DNA of 63,988 bases, the filler included, from Dimargaris cristalligena (Eukaryota): the NCBI GenBank assembly GCA_003614675.1. It is 3 parts of 3 records of this genome, joined end to end, with 100 filler letters (N's around TTAATTAATTAA, not from the genome) between each part and the next. Parts side by side here need not be neighbours in the genome. Positions count along the whole stretch, not along the records: positions 1 to 22,082 come from ML002640.1; 2 more parts are not named here. The stretch is one strand, 5' to 3'. A program made the position numbers and the translations under genes. The notes under the pieces are model-generated. The model had not been told where the DNA came from. It did not search any database and saw nothing but the letters and a program-made list of their open reading frames with translations. Shown one piece after another: positions 1-12,191 of the stretch (its first letter is position 1; every line of letters begins with the position of its first letter).

Positions 1-4
1 TAGA

Positions 5-969
5 ATGCGCAAGGATCACATGACGAAGGTCGCGCCTAATTTGTCTTGTGAAGAGGATAATCCATCCCGACTCATGTCAGTACACATGTTCAACAATCAC
101 AATTCATTCACCATTAATGATGACAATGATGACACCACCGATGCACCTAGTACATCCAGATACACCAAATCATCAGCAACGAAGGTAATGAACACCCCTG
201 ATGGTCAATTGGGTAAACCCGGGCTAGCGAACACCAATGATAGCTCAAACTCGGCTCAGACATGGTCGAACTGGGCAATTTCAGGGTACCTAAGTATGAG
301 ATTGACTAATGTGGTCAATGAGGTTAGGGAGGGTGATACATCTCCATCGGCTGATATCGACAGTGGAACAAACTCAGATGAAGGAGGCACCAAGGGTATT
401 GATGCCGATACCCAACCCATGATTGGCCGCAAAGGTTCATCAACCCTGTCATGTGGTGACGAGGCATGCAACGACTCCCCAGTCCCTTCTATTTCCCACC
501 AATGCTCATCACCCAGTCGAAACGCCAGATGGGACACCAAAATGGGACTTTGGGAGGGCTTTCATCGAAGTGTCATCTGTAGGACATGCCACCGGTATAT
601 CTGCAAGATTAAATGTGCTAAACACCGGGAATTACATCAATTCGGCCTGGGTGTAAGCTGCCCAACATGTCCAGGACTTTTTACAGTGATAAACTGTTAA
701 ATCAGCATACTCAATCTTGTCACCCAAAGCTTGGCCTGGAAGATGGTGTAGAATCAAACCTACCAGGCATTATACATGGTCCAGTATACAGGCCATATCA
801 CAAGGTTGTGAGCTGTCACTACTGTCAATGTGGCTTTACAAGTGAACAAAAATTGCAAAAGCATAATTCAATGGACTGTAGAACTTATACATTCCAGTGT
901 CCTAACTGCCATGCAAAATATATTTCCCAAACTGATTTAAATGTTTACATTAAGGATTATCAAGCCTGA
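5..969 (+). pseudogene. Zinc-finger protein (about four C2H2/C2HC fingers), family A copy 1; probably 5'-truncated and frameshifted
   Basis: ORFs 5..700 and 667..969 join into one paralog of 2598..3839 if one T is added to the T-run at ~677-681 (CPTCPGLF-YSDKLLNQHTQSC). Finger-like motifs: CRTCHRYICKIKCAKHRELH, CHYCQCGFTSEQKLQKHNSMDC, CPNCHAKY. The frameshift may be a sequencing error. Confidence 0.6.
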
Positions 970-1020
970 TCACCTTTGAAATTTACTAATAGCAATTAAT
1001 TATTGGATTCTTTGGGTTAG

Positions 1021-1662
1021 TGCCACCCAGGTTAACCACTCTTAGTCTGTCAAGAGTCCTGAGGATAGGCATCTAACAGTAGATGGGGCTTGGGCTCAGC
1101 CAAGTGGGTCCTAGCATTAGGTAGGGGTATGGTACTAACTAATAAAGGCTACAAATGTAGGTACAGGCAAGAGACATGCAGCAAGCACACTTACTAGTTA
1201 ATACAAGGGGGGTGAGTGTATATGGAGTTTATTGGGATAAACTAGGGGGGGTAAGAATAAGCTAAGGAATCTAACCAGTCCCAATGGGGCCTAGTTATAT
1301 ATATGTAGGGGCAACTCCAGAGGGAGGCCCCAGGGGCAGAATACCACTAAGACTAAGGTATGGTAAAATAAGCCAACTGGATGGCTGTTAGGATCTGGAA
1401 GACTCTGATGGTAACTGGAAGAGTCTTTGGATCAGTGCTTGAGTGATTAGTACAAAGAGGCAGGGTCCAGAAGGGGGAAAAGTTATATGATATAAGGTGA
1501 TCCCATAGTACTAGGGGTGACTATGGGAAGGTTAATATAGTGCTATAAGGCTTAATAAGGATAATACTAGGGTGTCTAGATTAGGGTGGATTAGATAGTG
1601 CAATAACTAGTGAATACTACTGGAGATTTAATATTGTTGATACTTTAGATATACCCTAACCA
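1021..1662. mobile_element. LTR-like repeat, candidate solo LTR
   Basis: 1021-~1280 aligns by eye with 63598-~63856, and homology starts exactly at a TG (TGCCACCC vs TGTCGCCC). CA at 1661-1662 is followed by GTTAG, which matches GTTAG at 1016-1020 (candidate 5-bp target-site duplication). The right boundary is tentative. Confidence 0.55.
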
Positions 1663-2128
1663 GTTAGTAAGAGTGGTATTACCTGATAGGCATCTAAAAT
1701 AAAGCTATATATATATATATAAAAGATAAATCTGTACATGTCCTATCCACATCTGTTTAGAGTCAGATAAGTAGAACTGGCAAAAGCAACTGACTGTTTT
1801 TGGGCTCTAGTGCTAAAGGCAGGCAAAACCCTTCTGCCACCAAGTCACACAAGATATACATAGGTGTGAACAGTAGTTTAGTTAAGGTATTTTGTCATAA
1901 ACAAATGAGCATTGAAGAGAATCTAAAACTGGTCCACATATTATGGTGGAAAAAAAGGATAGATCAACTGTGGTTACCTGACCTAGCAGTTAAAGTAACT
2001 CATTCCTAACACAGTATCACTATCATTGACTGGGCTGGTAGTATCACAAGAGAACCATTGAAGCAATACTTCACAATGCTCCCATTCAATTTTATTTTAT
2101 TTTACTTGGATAAGACATTAATATCAAA

Positions 2129-2264
2129 TGGGTGAAATTCAACCCAACTGTATAAGATTTTAAATGATGTGTAAGGGAGAATAGGCGAGCAATTCAACTT
2201 TAACTAGTAGTACTTGTTTCATTGGACAGATTTTTTTTTGTACAGTCTGGTTGAATTTCTTCCA
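2129..2264. mobile_element. MITE family copy A
   Basis: Imperfect ~26-bp terminal inverted repeats (TGGGTGAAATTCAACCCAACTGTATA ... TGTACAGTCTGGTTGAATTTCTTCCA). Similar to copies at 19258, 20126, 44212 and 59930. Confidence 0.75.
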
Positions 2265-2597
2265 GATGGATGTTAAGTGCATGGTCATATATGTCCAATG
2301 ATGATATGATTCAGGTATATAGCAAGGCTAGTTGCACTCCATCCTTACTAACCTGATATATCTCTCCTGCCCAGAACTCTATAAACTACCTCCCGCTGAC
2401 TCCCTTTGTTTACCACACTATATTTTGACCCATACCACCACAACTAGTTGCTACCCATTTCCATTAGTTTGGTCAGACCCTGTGTTTGGAATTACAGGGC
2501 AGACAATTCTTAACCCTTTGATATTTTGATCTATTATCCCACTTATCTTTCCAACATGATTTTCCCTGCTTTTTACCCAAGTTCTTATAGTACTGCC

Positions 2598-3839
2598 ATG
2601 CATCTAATTTGTACAGCAGTAGTTACACTTTTCCTCACCATGGGGTTTGGTTACCCAATTTTTAGTGATGCATTACCTACTCTGGGGAAAAGCAGGCTGA
2701 CAAACCCAACCCAAACACACTATCCCTTTGCCATGGGGGGTATGGACATGGTAAATGAAACCCTTGATTGCTTAGATGACTCAGTCAACAATTGTGATCC
2801 ATTCACTGTCACTGGTTACAAGTCTACCCACATGCCTAGTCCAACCACCATTATAGAAACACCAGCTGCAAGTTTATCTACCACTTCAGATGACCAATGG
2901 GATAGAGCTGGACTAGATATCAGTAATGGTAACTCAGGTTTGGTTCAAACATGGTCAGAACATACTGTCTCAGAGTACTTGAGTACTGGGTTGGCTAATG
3001 TGTTTGAAATTGACTGGGAAGAAGCCACATCTCCATTGGACAACAAGGATTATGGAATAAAAGCAAATCAAGATGGTGTCAATACTGATGATATCAACTA
3101 TGGCTAATTTTAGGCATGGTTAAATGAGGCAATTTGGGGAGACCCAGGTGTTGGGCTGTCATCTTCTATGGTTGGAATTGACTGGGAAGGAACTGGATTG
3201 CCATCAGTTGACAATGATACTGAAAGCAACTCAGCCCAAGATGATGCCAATGGCATGAGTAGTATGGATACCCCTCAACCAGTGACCAATCCTAGCAGTC
3301 CAGCCCTGCCATACAGTAGTGACAAGAAGCATGAAAAAGACTCACAAATTGGGTTTGTTTTTTACCAATACCCTTCAACCAGCCAAAATGCTAGATGGGA
3401 CCAGGTCAAGGAGATTGTAGAAGGGTATAGTTCAGGTGGTATCTGTGAGCAATGTCACTGATATATAACCCAAGTGCAACATGTTAACCATAGGGAGTTG
3501 CACCAATCCAGCCAGAGTGTAAGCTGTCAAAAATGCCAGGGACTGTTTCATGGTGTATACTCACTAAACCAACATCTCTTAATCTGTGATCCAAGCCTTG
3601 GCCCCAACAATGATGTGGTGTTAAATCAACCTGGTATTGTACAGAGTGATCCAGTATTTATGCCCCATTTGAATGATGGGTTTTGCCCACACTGCCAACT
3701 CAAGTTTAGCAAAATAAGTGGCTTGGATATCCATATTAAAGTGGACTGCAGAACCTTTATGTTCCAATTTCCAGACTGCCATGGAAAATTTCGTGTTCAA
3801 GAGAATTTAAAAAGCCATAGAAATTATTGGAAAACCTGA
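2598..3839 (+). pseudogene. Secreted-type zinc-finger protein, family A copy 2; three in-frame stops
   Basis: ORFs 2526..3107, 3168..3461 and 3474..3839 share one frame, broken by TAA 3105, TAG 3111 and TGA 3459. ATG 2598 begins a signal-peptide-like MHLICTAVVTLFLTMGFG. C-terminal fingers CQKCQGLFHGVYSLNQHLLIC and CPHCQLKFSKISGLDIHIKVDC. Shares SxNARWD and DCRTxxFQ with copy 1. Confidence 0.7.
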
Positions 3840-5628
3840 TTGCCTTTCAAATGTAAAAAGGGCAATGAAACATTGAACTCCTGATGTCAACAAATCCAAC
3901 TCAAAAATGAAATGCAATAAAACCCGAGTTGATTTTAAACTTACTCCATTATTTTCAATAAAAGAATATATATTCACTTTCTTTATGATGTGATATTATC
4001 ATGACAGTATCGAAGATTAAATAGCTGGCAAGGTAAGCACAACAATGTGGTTAATTTTGGATTACTGAAACAAGACATTGGCTTGAATTACTGTTGGTCA
4101 TACAGAAGGGACATTCAAGGCGGACATTCTAAAGAGTGTAATAAACCAAGAGGTTGCAACTACTCGATGCCAGTATGACCAGCTCCCACTGCCCAGCCTT
4201 ACGTGGATTTATAGTAAAACATAGTGACCCACTTGGATGGTCTCTTTCTCAGTAGCATTAACTAAATAGGGCAATTGGTCATGGAGATGTAATATATGTG
4301 TATCAGGGTGGCTAAAGAGAATTTTGTACTTGATGCATTTATCATGGCCCAGTTTCCTCTGTAATTCAGCATGGACCTTGCTGTACCAAGAGTGGTATTA
4401 TTGGGTTTGTCTGCTGAATAAGAAATATAGCCATTATTATTGGTTTGGTCAGCTATCCAGGGCCTTGTATTATTGCCATTCTGTATCCTATTGAACAAAA
4501 CCAAATATTGGCTATTTGGATTGACATTATTGATGGGTGTTTTGTTGTAATATCATATAGTAGTTTACAACAATACCCAGATGGGAGAGGGGGTATAGCT
4601 CTGCTGTGCTTCCAGTGTTGCATCCCCATGTAATTTAACCATCCCTTTTTTGGACTGTATAGAGCCAGCCCAGCCTTGGTATTGGCATACTCTCTGTGTC
4701 TTATATGTCAATGCATTTACCAACCCTTTCGACCAATATCTCTCTAGGCACCCTTAATCTAGCATTATGAAAGAGATAGTTAGAAGGCCACTGTCTACAG
4801 CATCTAACATTGTTCTAGAATTAATTACCAGTAGATGCTCATCCATTGGTGGGGTCACTCGCACCCAGATACCAGTTTCAACCAGTAGACTGCTCTGTGC
4901 AAAAGTAGCACTAGCCTGCCCAATTGGTGGACATTGTGTAGGTTGTATCAGCGTGGTTTTATTTTTCCAGGTAATGATGGGGACATCATACAATATACAG
5001 TAAAGTTAAAGAGCTTTAAAGCAGAGGCACCCACATCCTGAACCAGTTTACTCTGCTCCGAACTGGGATCTTTTTAGCCCTTCAGCCAGGCTCTAATAGG
5101 GTGGTTTTTAGTTATTATTGGTCTTAGATGTGATTGATTGAAGTGACTTGTCTGCGGCCATGTAAGAAACCCAATTGAACATGATGTATACCTAATTAGT
5201 TTAGAAATGTCAGAATTTGGGACAAGCATGATAGGTTGGTCTGTGACTCACTAGGCATTCCCATTGTGGGAGAGGCCAGTAAACCTGGGCTTCCTTCCAG
5301 GTTCACCATTAACAGTTGTCAGTGTGGATGGCAGCAGCTGGGAGCTTCCACTTTTGAAAATAAATAAATAATGTTTGTTGACTAGTTTCCCAGGCTGGGG
5401 CAGGATGAAAGAGGCCACGGTCCTGAGAAAGAAATGGATCTGGGCCATTATCTTAAATGGGCAAATCACAGTGATGGAAGTAAAGCTCCGCAATGAATTA
5501 GACCAAGTATTGCTAAGCGGTACTTGCAGAGAACATTCAGCTCCATTCCTAGGAAACTTACACTGAATCCAATTTAATTTCAAAAGAGGCACACCTACCT
5601 ACTTAGACATGCATTACACTCGACGTGT

Positions 5629-5630
5629 AT

Positions 5631-5662
<32 letters not shown>

Positions 5663-5663
5663 T
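5629..5663. repeat. (TAT)n/(TA)n microsatellite
   Basis: Directly visible tandem tri- and dinucleotide repeats. Confidence 0.85.
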
Positions 5664-5937
5664 GTAGAATACTTAAACTTTGGTTAGACTGGCTGGAGAT
5701 TGGGTAAAGTAGGCAGGATCTGTGCACATACGCAATAGCGGTACCGAATGAGCCCCATTCACACCCTTTTGGTGTTAACTGTTTCGGTGTATAATGAATG
5801 TTTTAAAAAAATGGCCAAACCCCTGATTTGATTATGAATCAAAATACAGCGGATCCATGAATGAAACGATGGGGGGGAGTTGAAAGGAGCAGCAGTATTC
5901 GGACCAGTCGATTGGCCCCCCGATTAGTCGGTCGGTT

Positions 5938-5974
<37 letters not shown>
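5938..5974. repeat. (GT)n(GTAT)n microsatellite
   Basis: Directly visible. Confidence 0.85.
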
Positions 5975-8216
5975 AGGTGGGGTTGGAATAGTACAAGGAG
6001 ACGATGGGGTCGCGGTTAGGATCGGTGACGCTCACCGAACCCGTTGATGGTATTCAATAGGGCGGCGCGACTATGGGGGCTACACCCGACAACCATAAAG
6101 AATAAAGAAAATCAATGAACGCGGGATTGTTGGAATGCAAAATCTGATTGCTCATCAATCCTGACGTATCCGCGCCCAACCTGCCCCTCTCTCTATATCG
6201 GCAATAGCCAATTCCGTGGCCGGTGGAGCACTACACCTTGGGCCAATAATGGTCGTGGGCGGCTAATACCAGCCGGTGCCGGGTGGGGTCGTATGGACGA
6301 GGGGGGATGGATGTATCGGAGTAGACCATTTTTAATTAATTTTTTTTGGAAAATCGACCAGTCTTCCATTAGTTCTCCGATATAGCGAGGGAGGTTAGGC
6401 ATAATGGCACTATTGTATGGTAGCGGGTTGGGTCTGCGGTTTCCCCTATATCCCCCGTTTTTTAGGCTAGGGGAGTCTTTGGTTAGCGTGCTGTAGTCCT
6501 GATGTTTTATTTTTTCGGCGGGACTGAAAGATAATTGAAAATGATCCGTATTAACCATGGAGAAATCGCAGGAGTTGTTTTGGAATGTAAGGCGCATTTC
6601 CTTTTTCATTTCGGCGGAATGTTAGCCCTGCCCGCGTGTATTGGAGGGAGGAGGGCAGACCCTTAATCACGAGGGTTGTAACATTGGGAGGACTCCAAGG
6701 ATGGGCGGGATTTATTTAGAGCCAAGGATTGGCCAAACCCACCTAAAATCAGCACAGTTGAGTGAGCCAAAGCAAGGGATTGCCCGCTCTTCTCTCTGGG
6801 ATGGCCGCCTCCCTTCGCAACAGTGGAGGGGGGTTAGAAGCGCACATCCCTTTCTATCTCTCTGGGGATATCCTAAAAGACCCCTCCCTCCTCCTCTCAC
6901 CTTTCAGATCTCTTCGAACGAGCCATTGGGCGTAGTTTAATTAACGAGTCGGGGAGGGCCCATTTGTAATAGATGATGGGAAGACGCTCAGGGATTGCCG
7001 CCCTAGGCTATTCGGTTTGCCTATGAGAAACCCCCCTCTTTTGGTAGCTGCGCTGGAAACGGCGATTGGTTCCCTCCTCCTCTCTCTTCTAAATGTGTGT
7101 GGGTGGTGGGTGTGTGTGTATCTGTCTGTGTGAGTTATGTGTGGGTGTGGGTGTCTATCCGCCGCAAGTCGTTGAGCAAGGAGCGCTGTTCACTCCCATA
7201 TCCACTACTACTACTCTAACCCTCTGAGTGTTACCATGTGTTCTGGCTAATTTTATATTACTGAACGGTGCTCCCCCCTTCTTTCAACAAGTCTAGTGGA
7301 TCTCTTTTTCCCCGCTATACAACCTTAGCAACCCTCGTTAACTTATATCTCTTCACTTAGCCTTGATGCCCTTCATTGCTTTCTTCCACTCCGCTCCTTG
7401 ATGTCTATGTCCCAATTTCTATCTTACTATTCCTCTCCTCTCGCTTTCCATACACGACAACCCGCTGCTGCTCTATAGTCGATCTTTCTCTATTTTTATT
7501 CGTGGTTCCTATTTTCCACTCCCAAGCCCATCTCGCCGTTGGACCTTGATTCTCCCATCTTTATTTTACAGCCCGCCCGCCGTATTCATAGGTAAACTAA
7601 GCTAGTCTATATGCTAAGGGCATATATCCTCGAGTCTAAAATATATGCGCATATGCTCCGCCTATAAAGTGGCTTATTAGTAGAGTGTTATTCCACCCCC
7701 CCTTTAAACTAGTAGCAGTTTAAAACCCTCTTTCCGCAGACCTTTCTCCGAAACCTGGCTCGTTTTATTATTTCAGGGGCAATAGTAGCTCTCTCTCTTG
7801 TCCTTCTCTTCCTCTCTCTCTCTCTCTCTCTATTTATTTATTTATACATATATACACTCACATATATATCTCTCTCTCTATTCGCGTCCGCACCAAGGGT
7901 CCCCTTTTTGCGCTACTCAAGCGACTTTTACTATATTTCTTCTCCAATCCACTGGCGCGTAACGTAGTCCGTGGTTATTGCTTTTAATATTCTCCTCACC
8001 TACTCCATAAGCCCCCTTGTTCCCCCCATAGGAAACTCCTATAGCTGTGCGTACCCCTAGCCGCTCATTGTCACTGTTGCTGCACTCACCTTCCCTGGTC
8101 TTCTCTCTCTCCACCCCAAGTTGCCCATTCAATTCAATTCTAACATCCCCATTGCCATCTCCCATTTGGACATCCCAACCCACCTATTAATCGCTAACCG
8201 GTTTCCACAGTTCGCC

Positions 8217-9382
8217 ATGTCTAAAACCCAGTTTGTTCGCGAATACAAGCTCGTTGTTGTCGGTGGTGGTGGTAAGTATCTATAGTTTAGGCTGGTTGTT
8301 GCGTCCTTTTAATTTCTTTTTTTGCATGCCCCTCTATTGATACTGAGTTATCAATACCCTCCTCGCCCTACCATCTCTCTAATCCTGTTCATCAACCGTG
8401 TGCTGCTGCTGCTGTTTTCCCATACTCCTAGGTGTCGGTAAATCCGCCCTGACCATCCAGTTCATACAATCTCACTTTGTGGACGAGTACGACCCCACCA
8501 TTGAAGGTAAGCTACACACCCAAGTCAGTCCATTTCCCCACAGGCATGGTTACTCAGTTAAGGGCTGCTACTATAGCTGTACTCCAGCCTGTCCTCGTGA
8601 ACTTGCCAGCCTGCTACCTATTTCGTCTTATCATTGGTCACTGGGTAAAAATTGGCCCTATCTGGAAATATCTTTAATGCTGGATCCAACCGGCGGGCAC
8701 CTCCTTCCGACTCTCCCCTCTATTATTGGCTCTACCACCCACCCTCCTCCGGGTTGGTGAACCTCCGCTGGTATTGTTTCCAACACCGCATTCCTCTGAA
8801 CACGTCGCCGGTATAGTCCTAATGAATTATCAACTTTCCGTATTTGGTCCCATGTCGTCCACATCCCCCAATTCCCACTAACTAGATTCCTACCGTAAGC
8901 AATGCGTGATTGACGAAGAAGTGGCCATGCTGGATGTTCTGGACACGGCTGGTCAGGAGGAATACAGCGCTATGCGTGAGCAGTACATGCGGACCGGGGA
9001 GGGTTTCCTGCTCGTCTACAGCATCACGTCGCGGAATTCCTTTGAAGAAATTGCCACTTTCCAACAGCAAATTCTGCGGGTCAAGGACAAGGATTACTTC
9101 CCCATCATCGTTATTGGCAACAAGTGCGATTTGGAGGCGGAGCGCCAAGTACCCGCCCAGGAGGGTAAGGAGCTGGCCCAGTCCTTCAAGTGCGAGTTCA
9201 TGGAAACCTCGGCCAAGATGCGCATCAATGTGGATGAGGCCTTTTACAGCCTGGTGCGGGAAATCCGTCGATTCCACAAGGAGGCCCAGCTGGCCCCCGG
9301 TCAGATCGCTGCCGTCGGGGCTAGCGCCCGTGCCGCTGAAGAAGAGGAGTCGAGCAGCGGCTGCTGTTGCGTCATCATGTAA
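8217..9382 (+). CDS. RAS1: Ras GTPase (Ras1-type), 208 aa; exons 8217-8271, 8432-8506, 8886-9382
   Basis: Spliced product [28 protein letters not shown]...YDPTIEDSYRK...DTAGQEE...NKCD...ETSAK, ending in CAAX (CCCVIM). Both introns are GT..AG and keep the frame. Confidence 0.97.
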
Positions 9383-12191
9383 AATCCCTTAACACTCTGG
9401 TCGGTGTACTTTTCTCAATGTTTTCGTTTTATGTTTCCTACCCTACCCTGTCCTGGTTGTCAATGAATTTCCATCCCTCCGCTCGTCTTGCTGGTTTCCG
9501 TCCCTAGGGGATATTTCGAACCTTGGACGATTTTGCGGAATTACGTGGCCATTTTTGACTGCGGTCAGTACCCACATGGATGTTTTGGTCAGCTCCACTT
9601 CCCTCATGCCCCTCTACTTCACCTCTAGCACACCCCTCTCGACATGCCCCTATTTCTCCCATTTATTCTTATTTTTCTGCCACCCCATGTCAAACTTACG
9701 CCCTTTACTTGCTCTTTTATCCCATTTCCGTTTATACTGGTATGTACACCAAACACCAGTTTCAAATACTACTGGCATAGAATCCATCTAATTTTTATCA
9801 CTCCACCTCCACCCATCTACTCCGCTTGCTCGTTGCTCATTTCTGGCTTTGGTCTGTCTCCCCCTCCCAACTTACTTATTAGTTACCATAGTTGTTGCTT
9901 CTTTTTATTACTTCTTAGTTCGTAATCTCTTCTCGTTTGTTTCGACATTTTCCCTCCCTCTCTTCCGTAATTTACTTAACCATACCTTCTTCTTTTTAAG
10001 CCATACTCTCCCCTCTCCAGCCCAACTTTTATTCGGTCACATCTCATATTCTACCCAGTAATTCCCCTTCGAATTCTGCCATCTCTGTTTTTCCGTTTCG
10101 AATAAATATAACCACTACATATATAACTAATACCACCTAATTGCTACTCCCCTTAATTTAATGATTTTATTCACCTTGGTTAAACTTGCCTTGTGGTCTA
10201 TTTATTTTGTTAGTTGCTCGCGATTCCATTTCATTAAACCGGACCAATTGGCTCGTAGAGCCACATACCATTGTCCCAGCATCAAAAAATGCCCGATTTC
10301 TGGTTTTCCTTTGTTTATCATTGCCTTTGGGACATGTTAGTCAACCGGTGACTGTTTCGTACTTCGAGGAGGCGACATCCATTCCTTGCGTAGTTATGCA
10401 CTATTCCATGGCATACTGCAATGGGTATTATTGGAGTGGCTGAGTGAAAAAAGAAAAGGTATTGCTCATTAATAATTGGGGTCTGAATCCTCCCCCCCTC
10501 CTCCTCCTTCACCACACTGTCAGTAGCAAATGGGCGTATGCTCTGCTATTAACCCCCCCCCTAGTTTCAATATCCACATGATAGGTTGTGTGGTATACAA
10601 TAGTCATTCCAATTTTAGCGGTCTTTGAATAGCCACTGCACTGATAATATTGGGAGGGACTGGGTCAGAAAAGCTTTCAGCGATGGCTGAGGGCGGGGGG
10701 TTTAGAACAATAGCATCCACTAATATAATGGGGGTATCCAATAGGCCTGTTCAATCGCATTTGTCACTGGATGCCCAGGGTCAGTCAGGCAGTCTACCCC
10801 GATCATCTTATTGTATTTTATTCTATTTATTTCAATCCAATTGGGCCATATTAGGCGGAATGAGTAAATGCGGAAGGGAGATGAGAATAGGAGAAATACC
10901 AAGTTGTGTGTATTTAACGATAGGTGGCTCATGGGGGCGGGGAGTGATTGGAGCTGAGCACCCGGGGAAGAAGGTATACAAATGGATTGGTTTGGGCTAT
11001 TTTTCTGTATAACAATTTTTTTAATATTTTTGGTGGGTGTAACAATCCAGGCGGGTGACGCGCGCGGTTTCTTCACGGAGTTTTCGAGCATAAGCCAAGT
11101 CGATTGAAGATTCGGGGGCACTTTAATGTTGGGATTGTCCATGTTGAAGGAAGGTAAGGGTCGTGTGTAGTCGTTGTTCACTCAGATTGCACACCCGGGT
11201 ATGACGAGTGGAAAAAGACCTACCATCTATTTATGTAGTCGCAGATGTGGTTGTGTGTGTATGTAGGTGTAGGTGTGCGTGTGGGAGGGATGTGCCCGTG
11301 GTTAGTGAGACGCCAGGTGGTTAGGGATATAAGACAGTGGTTGGACCGGGCATGAAGATGTCGATGTGACCACAGCAAAAGTCATCTGGGTTGAGCTCAG
11401 CAGCCTGCCTACTTACTGCTTACGCGGGGGAATAGGCGTGGATGAGACAAGGAGCTGCGTAATAGTGGTTAGGCATAGTTGTCGGTTACACACACGCGCG
11501 GGGTGGTCTATGGTGCAGTCAGTCTCTGCCCCCCTCCGATGTTTGCAGCTGGTCACTTCGCCTTTCAAATAGAAGGTAAATGCCGACAGTGCGTTGGGGC
11601 GTGTTACCTCAACGCGCACTGTTGGCGTTGGGCATGACCCCGAGTCCATTGGCAGAGGGAAGGAGAAGCCCAAAATGCCCGCAATATAGTGCTAGTGATA
11701 GTATTCATCATTTACATTAACAGTGAGGCACCCACTATCACTAAGAAGCTTGGATATAGTTAATCGTAGTTGCCATTGTGACCATACCACCCCCCGTCTG
11801 GTCCAGTTTCTTTATTAGCGAGAACCCCTTTTCCTCACTTTCACTCTCACCTTCACCTTGGCTACTGTATGTCCCGAATTCCTTATAGACCACCTTCTGT
11901 TTTATTATTTATTCCTTGCTTGTTCCGAATTCCTGGATAGTTTCTCAGTCCCGTATAGCACTTCCACCTCTTTTACGCGCACCGTACCGTTTGAAGTATA
12001 TATACCCCCTAATTGCGAGCCCCGCCCGAGTCAAACTCTCGCCGCCAACCACCTCGAGACGTTTCCCCGGCTACCCTTGGCCCATGTGAGGGCTGCCCCA
12101 CCCCCCTTTTGCTCGACCCGGTTACTCCTTCTTCTCCCCCGCGTCCCCCGGCTGCTGCTGGCGGTCCTCTCTGTTCGCCCAGTGTGTCACC

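Noticed and set aside
3105..3461. In-frame TAA/TAG/TGA as possible stop-codon reassignment or selenocysteine
   Set aside because: Conserved genes here end normally in TAA (Ras, ValRS) and TAG (EME1); C-to-T pseudogenisation explains the stops.
4262..5592. Short ORFs in CpG-poor DNA that might be a retroelement pol or decayed gene (e.g. TVQKRDG on the minus strand)
   Set aside because: No YxDD, RNase H or integrase motifs recognisable; too fragmentary to call.
10626..10642. TGAATAGCCACTGCACT resembles a stretch of mammalian SRP (7SL) RNA as I recall it
   Set aside because: No helix-8 motif or long-range pairing nearby; likely a chance match.
10720..11673. Minus-strand ORFs (153 aa, 86 aa) between Ras and the NBR1-like gene
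   Set aside because: No homology recognised, and I could not build a consistent spliced model.
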